Origin: Prasinococcaceae sp. CCMP 1430
Taxonomy: Eukaryota; Plantae; Prasinodermophyta
Direction: 5' to 3'
Assembly (NCBI GenBank): GCA_013416795.1
Contig: RQSC01001079.1
Location: 76,629 to 140,628, forward strand
Length of the DNA: 64,000 nt
The translations under genes and the position numbers were made by a program. The notes under the pieces were generated by a model. The model saw nothing but the letters and a program-made list of their open reading frames with translations, was not told where the DNA came from and made no database searches. Position 1 is the stretch's first letter; every line of letters starts with the position of its first letter. Positions 1 to 10,703 of the stretch are shown piece by piece.

Positions 1-39
1 CACGCCGGCCGACACGGGCCACGAGGCCCCGCGGCGCTG

Positions 40-547
40 CTACTCGTCCATCGCCAGCTCGAGCTTGCTTCCCCTCAGCCGCGGCCCGTTGTCCACCGGG
101 CCCATGCCCGCCGCCTCCATCGCGTCGTACTGGTCGTGCGGGCGCTCGCCGTTGAGCTCGCGCAGGCGCTTCTTGTACTTCTTGGTGCGCTTGTGGCTGC
201 AAAGCGGGCGGCGGCGCAAGAAGAATAGGCGGTCAGTCGCCGCCGCGCGAGGCGAGGGGCGGCGCCGGGCGGCTACCAGCGCGGCCGCAGCGCCGCGGCG
301 CGCACCTCTCGAGCGCGGCCGCCGTCTCGAAGTGCCTCGCCGTCACCGCGCAGTAGAAGCGCCCCTGCCCGGGCAGGTCGTCGTCGAGCTCCGGCTTGCG
401 CATGCCGTCCGGGTCGCCGTCGGCCGCCTGGAACTCCTCCCAGCACTGGTCGACGCCCTTGGCGAGGAAGCGCTCCAGCCGCTTGCTCTTGTGGATGCCC
501 TTGTGCGACTTGGTGCCCAGCGAGCGCTTCTTGTGGCGCTTCGGCAT
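40..547 (-). CDS. BUD20: BUD20/ZNF593-like 60S biogenesis zinc-finger protein (exons 547-306 and 196-40)
   Basis: MPKRHKK...KRLERFLAKGVDQ...ELDDDLPGQGRFYC. A GT-AG intron at 305-197 joins to SHKRTKKYKKRLRELNGERPHDQYDAMEAAGMG; stop at 40-42. Confidence 0.85.
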
Positions 548-1131
548 GGCGGCCGCGCGGGCGGGCGCTCCCCCGCCCGGTGCCCCTCCTCGGAGCGCGC
601 GAGGCGCGAGGCGCGAAGCGCGAGAGGAGGTGTGTGCGCGTGCGCGTGCGCGTGCGCGTGCGCACGCGCGCGCGCGTGGTGGTGGGGGGAGGCGCAGGCG
701 GGGGGGCGCGCGCGCTGTGGCGGCGGCGGCGGCTGCAGCCGCCAACGTCCGCGTTTCCCGGTGCATAATTTCGACCCGCATTTAAGAACGATAAATAGGT
801 ATAGAAGCAAGTAATACGTGCCTGTAGAATCGCCGCAGAATATATTTCTCGCTGTCAAAACAGTTCAAACCGTCGTTTATATGAATGCATTCACATAAAT
901 GCGCAGGAGCTTTGGGCGTTTTTTTTTTTTTGGCAGGGGCGCGGCGCAGAGCAGAGAGAGGAGTGGTGGGTGGTGGGGAGGCACGGGGGTGGGGGTGGTG
1001 GGTGGGGGTGGCACAGCGCGCGCGCGGCAGGCGAAGGGAAGGGCGATGCGTGGGGGCGTGGAAAGGGCGGTAGACTAGGGCACGAGGGGGGGCACAGGGG
1101 CACGGAGGGTGGAACGGAGCACGCGGGCGCG

Positions 1132-1820
1132 ATGGGTGGCTCGGTGTTCGTCACCGTGGGCACAACGTCGTTCGACGCGCTCATCTCGGCGGTCGACCGC
1201 GCGGAGACGGCTCGCGCGCTCGCCGAGCGCGGGTACACGTCCGCGACGCTGCAGATCGGCAGGGGCGAGTATGAGCCCCACGAGACGTGCCCGGCGTGCA
1301 CGGGCGTGCCGGGCTTCAGTGTGGACTACTACCGCTTCAAGGGCTCGCTGGCGGAAGACATGGCGTCGGCGTCGCTCGTCGTCTCGCACGCCGGCTCGGG
1401 AAGCATATTCGAGGCGCTCGCGCTAAAGAAACCGCTCGTGGTGGTCGTGAACGAGGCCCTCATGGACAACCACCAGCAGGTGCGAGCGACCATGCCGCAC
1501 ACGTGGCCCGCCCGCCCGCATGCCTGCCTGCTTGCCCGCCTGCCCGCTGCGGGCACGCGAGGCGCTGCACGCGCGAACGCCTCGGCGCACCCCGGTAACT
1601 GACGGCATCGCGTCTGCTGGCGGCGCCTGCGCATGCTGGCGGTCTTGCGTCCCAGGAGCTCGCGGGCGCGCTCGCGTCCCGAGGCTACCTGGTGAGCACG
1701 ACGCCAGCACGGCTTGTGTCGGCACTCGAAACGCTCGACACGTCCGCGCTGAAGCCATACCCGGGCGGCGACCCGGCAGCCGTCGCCCAGGCCGTGTCGG
1801 GCATTGTTGCGCTCGCATGA
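1132..1820 (+). CDS. ALG13: UDP-GlcNAc transferase subunit ALG13 (exons 1132-1479 and 1656-1820)
   Basis: Motifs VFVTVGTTSFD, LVVSHAGSGSIFEAL and VVNEALMDNHQ|ELA. Intron GTGCGA...CTGAC...CCCAG; TGA at 1818-1820. Confidence 0.93.
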
Positions 1821-2075
1821 CACACAGCTGCGCGCGCGCGCGCGCACGGTGTGTGCGTGCGTGGGTGGGGTGACATGGCAGTGATAAATAAATGGAGCCG
1901 CCGCCACATTGGGCGGCGGCCTGCGTTCGTTCAGCTCGCCTTCGTCTGGGCGTCAATGAATGCCCCGTGGGTCGCTCCTAAGTCTACGTGCGTGCAGTCG
2001 TCGTGGTGCATTGTGCGAGCCGCCCCCTCTGCCTATCGCAGGAGCCAGCTGGAAACCACCGCCTCACGCGGACTC

Positions 2076-2384
2076 TCACCCGGAGTCTCCCTGCACGCAG
2101 TCGGTCTGCTCGCTGCTGTGGTGCGTCGCGGCGGCGTCCAGCGACGCGAGCAGCTGCTTGAGGCGCGCGTTCTCGGCGCGCACCCGCTGCACCTCCGACA
2201 TGTACGCCGCGTTGACCACGAAACCCTCCGGCTTGCCGTCGCCGCCCATCACGGCGACGCGCATGCCCTGCGACTCGCGGAAGACCGACTGCAGCATCAC
2301 GCGCATGCCCGACGTGGGCGACAGCGGAGGCCGCTGCCGCTGCTGCCGCTGCTGCTGCTGCTGCTGCCGCCGCCGTTGCTGCTC

Positions 2385-2434
<50 letters not shown>

Positions 2435-2861
2435 CGCGCGCGATTCCCTCGCACGCCTCGCGTCCCATGCCGCGCCACGCCGCGCCGAGCGCGTGCGGCG
2501 CTGCCGTCGCGGTGCCCCACTGCTGCTGTTGCTGCTGTTGCTGCTGCGCTGTGAAGGGCGTCCCGCAGCAGCTCGAGCCATCCGATTCGTCGGTGCGCTC
2601 CTCGGATTCGCTGCGCGTCGGCGGCCGCCGCGCGCGGCGGCCACGCGCACGCCGCGCCGCCTCCCCCACATCGACATCCGCACGTGATGTGATACAGCAC
2701 CGTGCGATGCCAAAAACCCTACTGAAGTACTCCACATAGGAACCAGATCCTGTTCCTGTTCCCGGTTTCCGTTTCGTTTCCCGGAGTACACGGGCGATAC
2801 CTGGTTCGGGGAGCGATGCCCCGACCAACGTCCGGCCCATCAAAAAGCGACGCGTCGCCAT
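2076..2861 (-). CDS. Hypothetical polyQ protein with a short C-terminal coiled coil; boundaries uncertain
   Basis: CAG-repeat polyQ tracts followed by MSEVQRVRAENARLKQLLASLD. No recognisable domain; the start and a possible donor near 2078 are unresolved. Confidence 0.35.
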
Positions 2862-3782
2862 TCGACGACGCAGGCGTCGCGTCCCTCAGCCGCGCGCGCG
2901 CGTCGCCGCATCTCGCGCGCGCGCGGGCCCGGAGCGAGTTTTACCCTGGCTCCAGATGGAGCCTCGTCGACCCGCGCGGCGCACAATCCTCTCAATCAAT
3001 CGGTCGGTCAATCTAAATCTGCATCCCGCGTCGAGCCACACCGTACAGTTGTATGGAGAAGAGGCACTGAAAAAATCTGCTCGGGACGCCGCGCCCTAAC
3101 GGCGCGCGCGCGCGCATGCGCCCTGACCTGTCGGAACGGGTCCGTCGGGCGCGGCGGCGGCCGGGCAGCGGCACATTTGCGGTTTGGGCCGGGTACGAGC
3201 GCAATTTGGGAGGCTTCTCCGCGTTTTGCGACGATGAAATCAGATTTTGAAATTACGGAAAGTGTGCGAGCGTGAGATGGGGGGGGGGACGCACGCCTCG
3301 GCGCTCGCGCACCGGCCCCCCACCCGCCCACCACCACCCACCCCTGCTCCCTCGCCCCCGCAGGTGCGCGTGCGCGCGGGGTGCCGCGGGAAGCCACACG
3401 GAGCACGCGGAGCGTGCGCGCCGCTGGCGCGCTCGTGCGCCCGCCGGTGCNGACCTACGCACGTATGGCTGGCTGTGTGCTGTGATCCCGCCGCCCGCCC
3501 TGATTTCGCGCGGTCGCGGAGAGTGGATAAGCCCGCCACACCAGCGGAGCGAAGCGAAGCGAGCGACGACCGGAGAGGGGGCCGCGGACCCACACGACCC
3601 CCGGCGCCGCGCGCGCGCGCGCACGCGCCCTCTCACCCCTCCCCCCCCCTCTCACCCCCCCCACCCCCCCTTGCGAGCCACGCCGCGGCATGCGCCTGAC
3701 ACACGCGCGCGGCATGCGCGCGCGGATAAGAATTCAGAATGAAGAAGAACTGACAATCCCATGAGGAGCGCCGGGTTTCACC

Positions 3783-6700
3783 TCACAGAAATGTGTAATT
3801 ATAAAAATGCTGTAAAGTACCAACGGGCGACGCTCTCACGCTTTTCCGGAAGCTCCTGGCTGGCTGCTGTCTGTCTGTGTGTGGGCGGCGTATCGCATCG
3901 GCGGAGGAGGAGTGACTGAGTCTGAGCGCGCTGAGCTCGGCTGTGGCACCGCGCGCGCGCCGTCCGTCCGTCCGTCCGTCCGTCCGTCCGGATGACTGCA
4001 CCGCTGGGCGATCGCGAACGGATCTCTGATCCGCTGCTCGACGATGCCCTGCTGGGTGGTGCTGCTGCCAGGCCGGCTCGCGCGCGCACGCGTCTTCCCA
4101 CGGACGGGCCAGTACGGACCGACAGAGCAGTCCTTGAGCCCGCGAATGATCCGGTGGCCGTGGGACCTCGCGGGCGCCGCGGGATGCCGCGTCGGATGGC
4201 GTGGGAGCCTCGCCCTGCGCCCGGTGGGTCTGTGTGTGTGTTGTTGTTGCTGTGTGTGTGTGCGTCCGACGGTACAGAGCAGCGGTGCCTCTCTCTGCGT
4301 GCGCGAGCAATGCGCTCGCGTGTGTTTCGAGCGCGGGCGCGCGCGCGCGCCGTCGGCGCCGTCCCGCCAAAAAGCGCGCGCGCGGATCGCGCGTGTGCGG
4401 CCGAGAGNNNNNNNNNNNNNNNNNNNNNNNNNNNNNNNNNNNNNNNNNNNNNNNNNNNNNNNNNNNNNNNNNNNNNNNNNNNNNNNNNNNNNNNNNNNNN
4501 NNNNNNNNNNNNNNNNNNNNNNNNNNNNNNNNNNNNNNNNNNNNNNNNNNNNNNNNNNNNNNNNNNNNNNNNNNNNNNNNNNNNNNNNNNNNNNNNNNNN
4601 NNNNNNNNNNNNNNNNNNNNNNNNNNNNNNNNNNNNNNNNNNNNNNNNNNNNNNNNNNNNNNNNNNNNNNNNNNNNNNNNNNNNNNNNNNNNNNNNNNNN
4701 NNNNNNNNNNNNNNNNNNNNNNNNNNNNNNNNNNNNNNNNNNNNNNNNNNNNNNNNNNNNNNNNNNNNNNNNNNNNNNNNNNNNNNNNNNNNNNNNNNNN
4801 NNNNNNNNNNNNNNNNNNNNNNNNNNNNNNNNNNNNNNNNNNNNNNNNNNNNNNNNNNNNNNNNNNNNNNNNNNNNNNNNNNNNNNNNNNNNNNNNNNNN
4901 NNNNNNNNNNNNNNNNNNNNNNNNNNNNNNNNNNNNNNNNNNNNNNNNNNNNNNNNNNNNNNNNNNNNNNNNNNNNNNNNNNNNNNNNNNNNNNNNNNNN
5001 NNNNNNNNNNNNNNNNNNNNNNNNNNNNNNNNNNNNNNNNNNNNNNNNNNNNNNNNNNNNNNNNNNNNNNNNNNNNNNNNNNNNNNNNNNNNNNNNNNNN
5101 NNNNNNNNNNNNNNNNNNNNNNNNNNNNNNNNNNNNNNNNNNNNNNNNNNNNNNNCTCCGCCCGCGCCGCGCACGCCGCCGTCCTCCTCGTCGGCGGCGC
5201 CGTCGCCTCCCACGCGCGCGCCGCCGCGCTTGAGCGCCTCGACCTCGAGCCTGAGCAGCCCGTTGCTGCCGGTGAGCTCCATGAGCTCCACCTCGAGCGC
5301 CTGCGCCGCAGCTGCGCCGCGCTCGCATCTGGTCGCGCGGCCGTCCGCGGCCGCGGCGAGATCCTCGGCGGCGGCGATGCGCGCAGCGGCGGCGGCCTCG
5401 GCTGCCGTGCGCCCCGCGGCTTCGCCCTCCTCGCGCGCGCGAGCCTCGGCGGCCTCGTGCGCGCGCTGGAGCCCTGAGCGCATCGCCTCCTCGATCTCGT
5501 CGGCAGCCGCGCGCGCCTGCGCCTCGGCGGCCGCGATGAGCTCGGACTGCGCGCTTCGCGCCTCCCGCGCATCTGCCGCCGCGGCATCGCGCTCGCGCAG
5601 GGCGTCCGCCAGCTTCGCCTCCGCCACGGCACGCAGGCGCGCGTCCAGCGCCGCCTGCGGCAGTCCCTCTCGCAACGACGCCAGCTCGGCGTGCAGCGCC
5701 GACACGAGCCTGTCCGCCTCCTCGGCGGACTCCTCCGCCGCCGCGCGCGCGATTTCGAGCGCGGCCGCGTGCTCGATCGCGGCGCTTTCGAGCGTGGCGC
5801 GCATGCGCTCGACGTCCTCGGCGCATTCCGCACGCGCGGCGTCGACCCTCGCCTCAGCCGCGGCGCCCGCCTCCGTCGCGAGCTGTTCCGCTCGCGCGCT
5901 GAGATCTGCGGCCGCCTCCTCCGCCTGCGCCAAGCGCGCACGCAGCTCGGCGTCGGCGTGCGCGCTGGCGACCTGCACCTCGCGGAGCTCCTCGCGCGCA
6001 GCAGTGAGCTTCGCAGCCAGCTCGGACCGCTCAGCCTCGACAGCGGCGGCATCGGCTAGCTGTTCGCGCGCATGCGCTAGCTCGGTCCGGAGCGTCGCGT
6101 TTTCATCCGCATGCGCGGTCGCGCGCGCGCGAAGATCGTCTATTGCGCTGCGTGCGGCCGCCGCGTCGGCATCCGCCACTTCTTGCGCGCGCGCCGCGCC
6201 CACAACCTGAGCCTCAGCCGCGGCGGCGGCCGCCGCGCCGCGCTCGGTCGCGAGCGCGCGAGGGTTTGTGCGGCTGGGGCTCGGGCTCGCGCAAGGGTCT
6301 GGGAGCGCGCTAGCACCATCCCCAGGTGGGGGCAGGCCCGCTCGCCGCTCCGCCTCGCTGGCGCTCTCTGCTCGCTCTGCCTTCACATGCGCCGACGCCT
6401 CTGGTGATGACTCGGGGCTCAAGTTCTCGGCCATGAGTATCATCGCGTCGAGCGCACCGATGGCAGCGGGCGCACCGCATGCGTCTCCCTTGCTGCCGCT
6501 TTCCTGAACGCAATCGCTCGAGTCTCGTCTCAAGGCTGACTGCACGTTCATGTGCTTGCTGGTGGGCGTGGCCTCCGGCCATCCTGGCATCTGAGCGCCT
6601 CCCATCGAGGGCGTTTGGTACGCCTCGGCGAGGTTGACGCGCACGTTTGCGAGGCCTGAGAGAAGCGGCGACGGCTCTTGGGTGGGTGGCAGCTGCGTAT

Positions 6701-7049
6701 GCATCACGCCCGCCGACGCTGCGGCATGCAAGCCTTGCTGCTGGAGCGTCACGAGCCTTTGGTGCGCCTCGAGCGCAAGCTGTTGTTGTTGCTGCCAATG
6801 CTGCCGCAACAGCAGCTGCTGCTGCTGCTGCTGCGCGAGAATGCGCTGCTGCTCCTCGTGAAGACCGGCGCCCACGGGCAGTGGCCGCTGCAGCTCGGTG
6901 CTCAATCGCGACGAGCCCCCGGTCGAAGGCGCCGCCGTCCCGCGCCAGCCAGGCGCCGCCACGGCCGTGTGCGCGGCCGTCTCGTCAACGTGGGCTCGCG
7001 GGCGCTCGCGGGCACACGACGCCGCGTCCGCCGCAGCAGGCGCGGCCAT
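3783..7049 (-). CDS. Large Ala/Glu-rich coiled-coil protein with N-terminal polyQ, interrupted by an assembly gap
   Basis: Open frame 7049-5156 with heptad-like A/E/R/L content (LAAKLTAAREELREVQ...LELEVELMELTGSNGLLRLEVEALK). The part 3' of the gap is uncertain. Confidence 0.6.
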   Translation of the reverse strand: MAAPAAADAASCARERPRAHVDETAAHTAVAAPGWRGTAAPSTGGSSRLSTELQRPLPVGAGLHEEQQRILAQQQQQQLLLRQHWQQQQQLALEAHQRLVTLQQQGLHAAASAGVMHTQLPPTQEPSPLLSGLANVRVNLAEAYQTPSMGGAQMPGWPEATPTSKHMNVQSALRRDSSDCVQESGSKGDACGAPAAIGALDAMILMAENLSPESSPEASAHVKAERAESASEAERRAGLPPPGDGASALPDPCASPSPSRTNPRALATERGAAAAAAAEAQVVGAARAQEVADADAAAARSAIDDLRARATAHADENATLRTELAHAREQLADAAAVEAERSELAAKLTAAREELREVQVASAHADAELRARLAQAEEAAADLSARAEQLATEAGAAAEARVDAARAECAEDVERMRATLESAAIEHAAALEIARAAAEESAEEADRLVSALHAELASLREGLPQAALDARLRAVAEAKLADALRERDAAAADAREARSAQSELIAAAEAQARAAADEIEEAMRSGLQRAHEAAEARAREEGEAAGRTAAEAAAAARIAAAEDLAAAADGRATRCERGAAAAQALEVELMELTGSNGLLRLEVEALKRGGARVGGDGAADEEDGGVRGAGGXXXXXXXXXXXXXXXXXXXXXXXXXXXXXXXXXXXXXXXXXXXXXXXXXXXXXXXXXXXXXXXXXXXXXXXXXXXXXXXXXXXXXXXXXXXXXXXXXXXXXXXXXXXXXXXXXXXXXXXXXXXXXXXXXXXXXXXXXXXXXXXXXXXXXXXXXXXXXXXXXXXXXXXXXXXXXXXXXXXXXXXXXXXXXXXXXXXXXXXXXXXXXXXXXXXXXXXXXXXXXXXXXXXXXXXXXXXXXXXXXXXXXXXXXXSRPHTRDPRARFLAGRRRRRARAPALETHASALLAHAERGTAALYRRTHTHTATTTHTQTHRAQGEAPTPSDAASRGAREVPRPPDHSRAQGLLCRSVLARPWEDACAREPAWQQHHPAGHRRAADQRSVRDRPAVQSSGRTDGRTDGRRARGATAELSALRLSHSSSADAIRRPHTDRQQPARSFRKSVRASPVGTLQHFYNYTFL
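4408..5155. other. Assembly gap (N-run)
   Basis: Run of n. Other N-runs are at 10437-10692, 25689-25958 and 28824-29265; single n at 3451, 8052, 42262 and 52138. Confidence 1.
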
Positions 7050-7754
7050 GGCAGGAGGCAAGCGGCCCGGGGGTCAAGGCGTCCAAGCTCGCCTCCCTGC
7101 CCCCCTCAATGCCAGCACCACACACGCGCCCAGCCGCCCACTCACTCGCGCTCTCCTCTAGCGCGACTCATCGCGCTCGACGCTCCGCCCGCCACGCCCA
7201 CGCCTCGCCGCGCGCACACGCACGCGCTGTGCCACCCCCTGCCCCCCTCACCCCCCCCGGCCAAACCGTGCGCTGAGGAAGACGCCGCCTGCCCACGCGT
7301 GCGTGCCGCGGCGGCGCAGAACGGAGGGAGGGGGGGCGCAGCCGCGCGCGTGTGCGCGCGTGTGGGCAGGGTGGGGTTGGGGCTGCACCGGGCGGCCGTT
7401 GTTGTTAGTGCTCGCCGGGGAACCCGACCGCTATTCAGTTAATTACATGCAAATCCGCCAACAGAGACTCTTTTTGACGTGGCTGAAATCCACGGTAGGC
7501 ATATTTTGAACCCGTGCTTTCCGGGGAATCACAATGATAATCAGATCCATGCATGCGACCGACAGCGGTGATTCAAAAATAAGGCTCCCGTGGGTAAAGT
7601 TGATGTATGCGCTCTTGTTCGAGTATTGGTGTGCAATGCGTTCGTTTCTTCGGTTCCCCGAGCGCCGCGGCGCGCGCGCTGCGGCGCCGGGCGCGCCAGA
7701 GTGCGCGCGCGCGCGGGACGCTCCCCCCCCACCTTCCTGCCCTGACCGCGCGCA

Positions 7755-8442
7755 ATGGCCGACGCCGAGCCCCCTGCCAGCCCTGCGGAGGAGGTGGCAG
7801 CGATGGAGACGGAGGCGAAGCAGGAACCCGCGAACACGATTGTGCCGCCGGCGGCCGGCGCGGGCTACTCCGACCCACAGCAGGTGCGTGCTCGCAGCGA
7901 AGGGGAAGGGGGGCGCGCGCGCGAGAAAGTGTGTGTGAGGGGAATCCGACAAGCTGCGCGCAGCTCGAGAGGCCGTCGCCGCCGCCGAGGCGGCGGCAGC
8001 AGCCAAGAAGAGCGGCATGAGCAGCATGGTGAAGAACCTCAAGCGCAAGATNTGGGGTGATGATGCTGACGCCAGTGCCAACGCGCCGCATGTTTTCGTC
8101 CCCGTCGCACCCACCACCCCGATCCGATCCAAAACGCACCGCCGGCGCGATTCAAAAAACGATAACAGCTCCGATTCGAAAACATCCAATCGTGGGCGAA
8201 CGCGACCGAAGCGCCAGCGCGCGCCGCCGCGCGCGCGCACGCGAGAAACGGGTCCGCGGCGGGGGTCGACCGGTCGGTCGGTCGGTCGGCGCGCCGACCG
8301 GCCGAGCAGCCGGCAGGGGATGAATGTGAGGGGGGGCGCCCCGGCGGGTCGGTCGGCACTCCCCCCCCGCACGCCTGGCAATGCACACGTCTCGGTCGGA
8401 CACGGTCAAACAAAGACCCCGCGGCTCGCATCCCGTGGGTGA
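7755..8442 (+). CDS. Small hypothetical protein (exon 7755-7883, then probably from 7954); 3' end uncertain
   Basis: MADAEPPASPAEEVAAMETEAKQEP...DPQQ|GTGCGT donor. Acceptor CAAG at 7953 continues LRAAREAVAAAEAAAAAKKSGMSSMVKNLKRKxWG; an n at 8052 clouds the end. Confidence 0.35.
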
Positions 8443-8719
8443 ATTTGTGCATGATTTCATTTCATCGCGCGGGCCATCGGCGCGGGGGCGCGCCGCCGCC
8501 CCGCGCGCGCGTCGTTCCCCCGCTCGAAACGCGTCGCGCGCGCGCGCGCGCGCACAGGCACTACTGACCGCGCCGCGCGCGCTGCGGCGCGGGCGGGGTG
8601 GGATCGAGCGGGCTCGAGCGGGCTGGAGTGGGGTGGGGTGGGGCGGGAGTGGGCCACGAGGTCTGGTGATGCGCCGCGCTCACACGTGAGGCGCCGGTGC
8701 GAGGGAGGGGCCGCGCGGA

Positions 8720-9700
8720 ATGGCGGCGGGGATCGACGACGGCGCCGCCGCGGACGCCGGCGAGGGAGGGGAGGCGGGGCCCGCGTACGGAGCGGTGGCG
8801 GCGCTCGGCGCGGCAGGCGCGCTAGAGACGGCGTACCTGACCTACGAGAAGCTCACCGGTGGCACAGTCGCGTGCCCCATCGGCGGGGGGTGCACGTCGG
8901 TGCTCGCGTCCGCGTACGCCGACGTGCACGCGTTCGGCGCGACGCTGCCGCTGGCGGCCGTGGGGTGCGGAGCGTATGCCCTCGTGTCGGCGCTCGGCGT
9001 GAAGGGCGCCAGGAACGGCGGCGAGGGCGAGCGAGCCGGATGGGAGCGAGCGCTCGGCCTGCAGACGGGTTGGGAGCGCTGGGCGCTCGCCGGGACGACC
9101 TCGCTCATGGCGGCGACGTCCGGATGCCTCATGTGGGTCCTCGCCGCGCGGCTGCACACCGAGTGCGCGTACTGCATCGGCAGCGCGGTGCTGAGCTCGT
9201 CGCTGTGCGTGACGTCGCTCCGCGGGCTATCGAAGGACGATTTGAGGGCCTTCGCTCCGTACGGGATCGGGACCGCCGCCGCGCTCGTGGTCGCGTTCGG
9301 CGCGGCGTACGGCGGCGTCGAGGAGCAGCAGCAGACGCGCGGGGGCGCGCTGCCGCTCGAGCTGGCGTACGCGCCCCCCGAGATTGACACCGAGTCGTCG
9401 CCGCGAGCGCTCGCCATCGCGGAGAGGCTCGCAAAGGCGGACGCGCGCTTCTACGGCGCTTTCTGGTGCTCGCACTGCAAAGACCAGAAGCTCACGCTCG
9501 GCAGGCAGGCGATGGCCAAGGTACGCTACGTCGAGTGCTTCCCGTCGGGCTGGAAGAAGGGCGAGCCGCTGGCGCCAGAGTGCTCGGCGGCCGGCGTGAA
9601 GGGCTTCCCGTGGTGGGTCATCAACGGCGAGGTCACCAGCGGCGAGATGTCGCTCGACGAGCTGGAGAACGTCCTGGACGGCAAGGGCAAGGACGGGTGA
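8720..9700 (+). CDS. LTO1: VKOR-thioredoxin fusion (thylakoid lumen thiol oxidoreductase, LTO1-like)
   Basis: ETAYLTYEKL, ACPIGGGCTSVLAS, transmembrane helices with CAYC, and a C-terminal Trx domain with FYGAFWCSHC...YVEC. The transit peptide may extend upstream. Confidence 0.92.
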   Translation: MAAGIDDGAAADAGEGGEAGPAYGAVAALGAAGALETAYLTYEKLTGGTVACPIGGGCTSVLASAYADVHAFGATLPLAAVGCGAYALVSALGVKGARNGGEGERAGWERALGLQTGWERWALAGTTSLMAATSGCLMWVLAARLHTECAYCIGSAVLSSSLCVTSLRGLSKDDLRAFAPYGIGTAAALVVAFGAAYGGVEEQQQTRGGALPLELAYAPPEIDTESSPRALAIAERLAKADARFYGAFWCSHCKDQKLTLGRQAMAKVRYVECFPSGWKKGEPLAPECSAAGVKGFPWWVINGEVTSGEMSLDELENVLDGKGKDG

Positions 9701-9993
9701 CCGGCGGAGGCACGCGCGGCAGGAGTCGCACGCTCGCCGCGACGGCTTACCTGTAATCATTATTTTTGTTGTCGAGATGTGCACGTATGCACAGCCACAC
9801 GCATCGCGCGCACGCACGCGCGCCTGCACACGCCCGCCCGCGGGTGCACGCCCTCTCGCGCGAGCGCGTGCGCAAGGTGCGCGAACGCGCTCGCCAGCGC
9901 ATGCGGAGCGCGCCGCGCCGGGAGAGCGAAGGAATGGGAGTATGGTACAAGTGATCGATACACACAGTGCGGCCGGCCCGGCGCGCGCGGCGC

Positions 9994-10436
9994 TCACTCC
10001 ATGTCGTCGGGCCCCACCCTCGCCGTCGCGATTGCCCCTCCCGCCGCCGCCGCCGTCACCCCAGGCGACGGCGGCTGGGCGTGCCGCGCGTGCTGCGCCT
10101 GCTGCGCGAGCGGTGGAGGAACGTGCCCCACCTTGGGAGGCGCTTGCTGGTGCGGCTGCCGGAGCTGCTGTTGCTGCTGCTGAATGAGCTGCTGCTGAAA
10201 TAGCTGGTGGCGGTGGCAGTGGCCGTAGCCTTCTCCATGCTGCTGCTGGAAGTGCGGCTGTTGCGAGTGGCGCTGGGTTTGAGGGTGCTGAAGGTGATCG
10301 TTGCCCTCCGTCGCGGCGTGGAAGGCGCTCTCGGCCTCCTCGCGCTCGTCGCGCAGGAGCTCGGCGAGCTCGGCGAGGGCGGCGGCGGCGGCGGGCTCGC
10401 CGGCGGCCAGAGCGGCAGCGTGGCGCCCGGCGGCCG
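9994..10436 (-). CDS. 3' fragment of a hypothetical Gln/His-rich protein; 5' part lies in or beyond the gap
   Basis: AELAELLRDEREEAESAFHAATEG...polyQ...PDDME*, with GC-rich third codon positions. The segment 10693-10860 may be an upstream piece of it. Confidence 0.45.
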
Positions 10437-10703
10437 NNNNNNNNNNNNNNNNNNNNNNNNNNNNNNNNNNNNNNNNNNNNNNNNNNNNNNNNNNNNNNNN
10501 NNNNNNNNNNNNNNNNNNNNNNNNNNNNNNNNNNNNNNNNNNNNNNNNNNNNNNNNNNNNNNNNNNNNNNNNNNNNNNNNNNNNNNNNNNNNNNNNNNNN
10601 NNNNNNNNNNNNNNNNNNNNNNNNNNNNNNNNNNNNNNNNNNNNNNNNNNNNNNNNNNNNNNNNNNNNNNNNNNNNNNNNNNNNNNNNNNNNACGCCGAT
10701 GCC

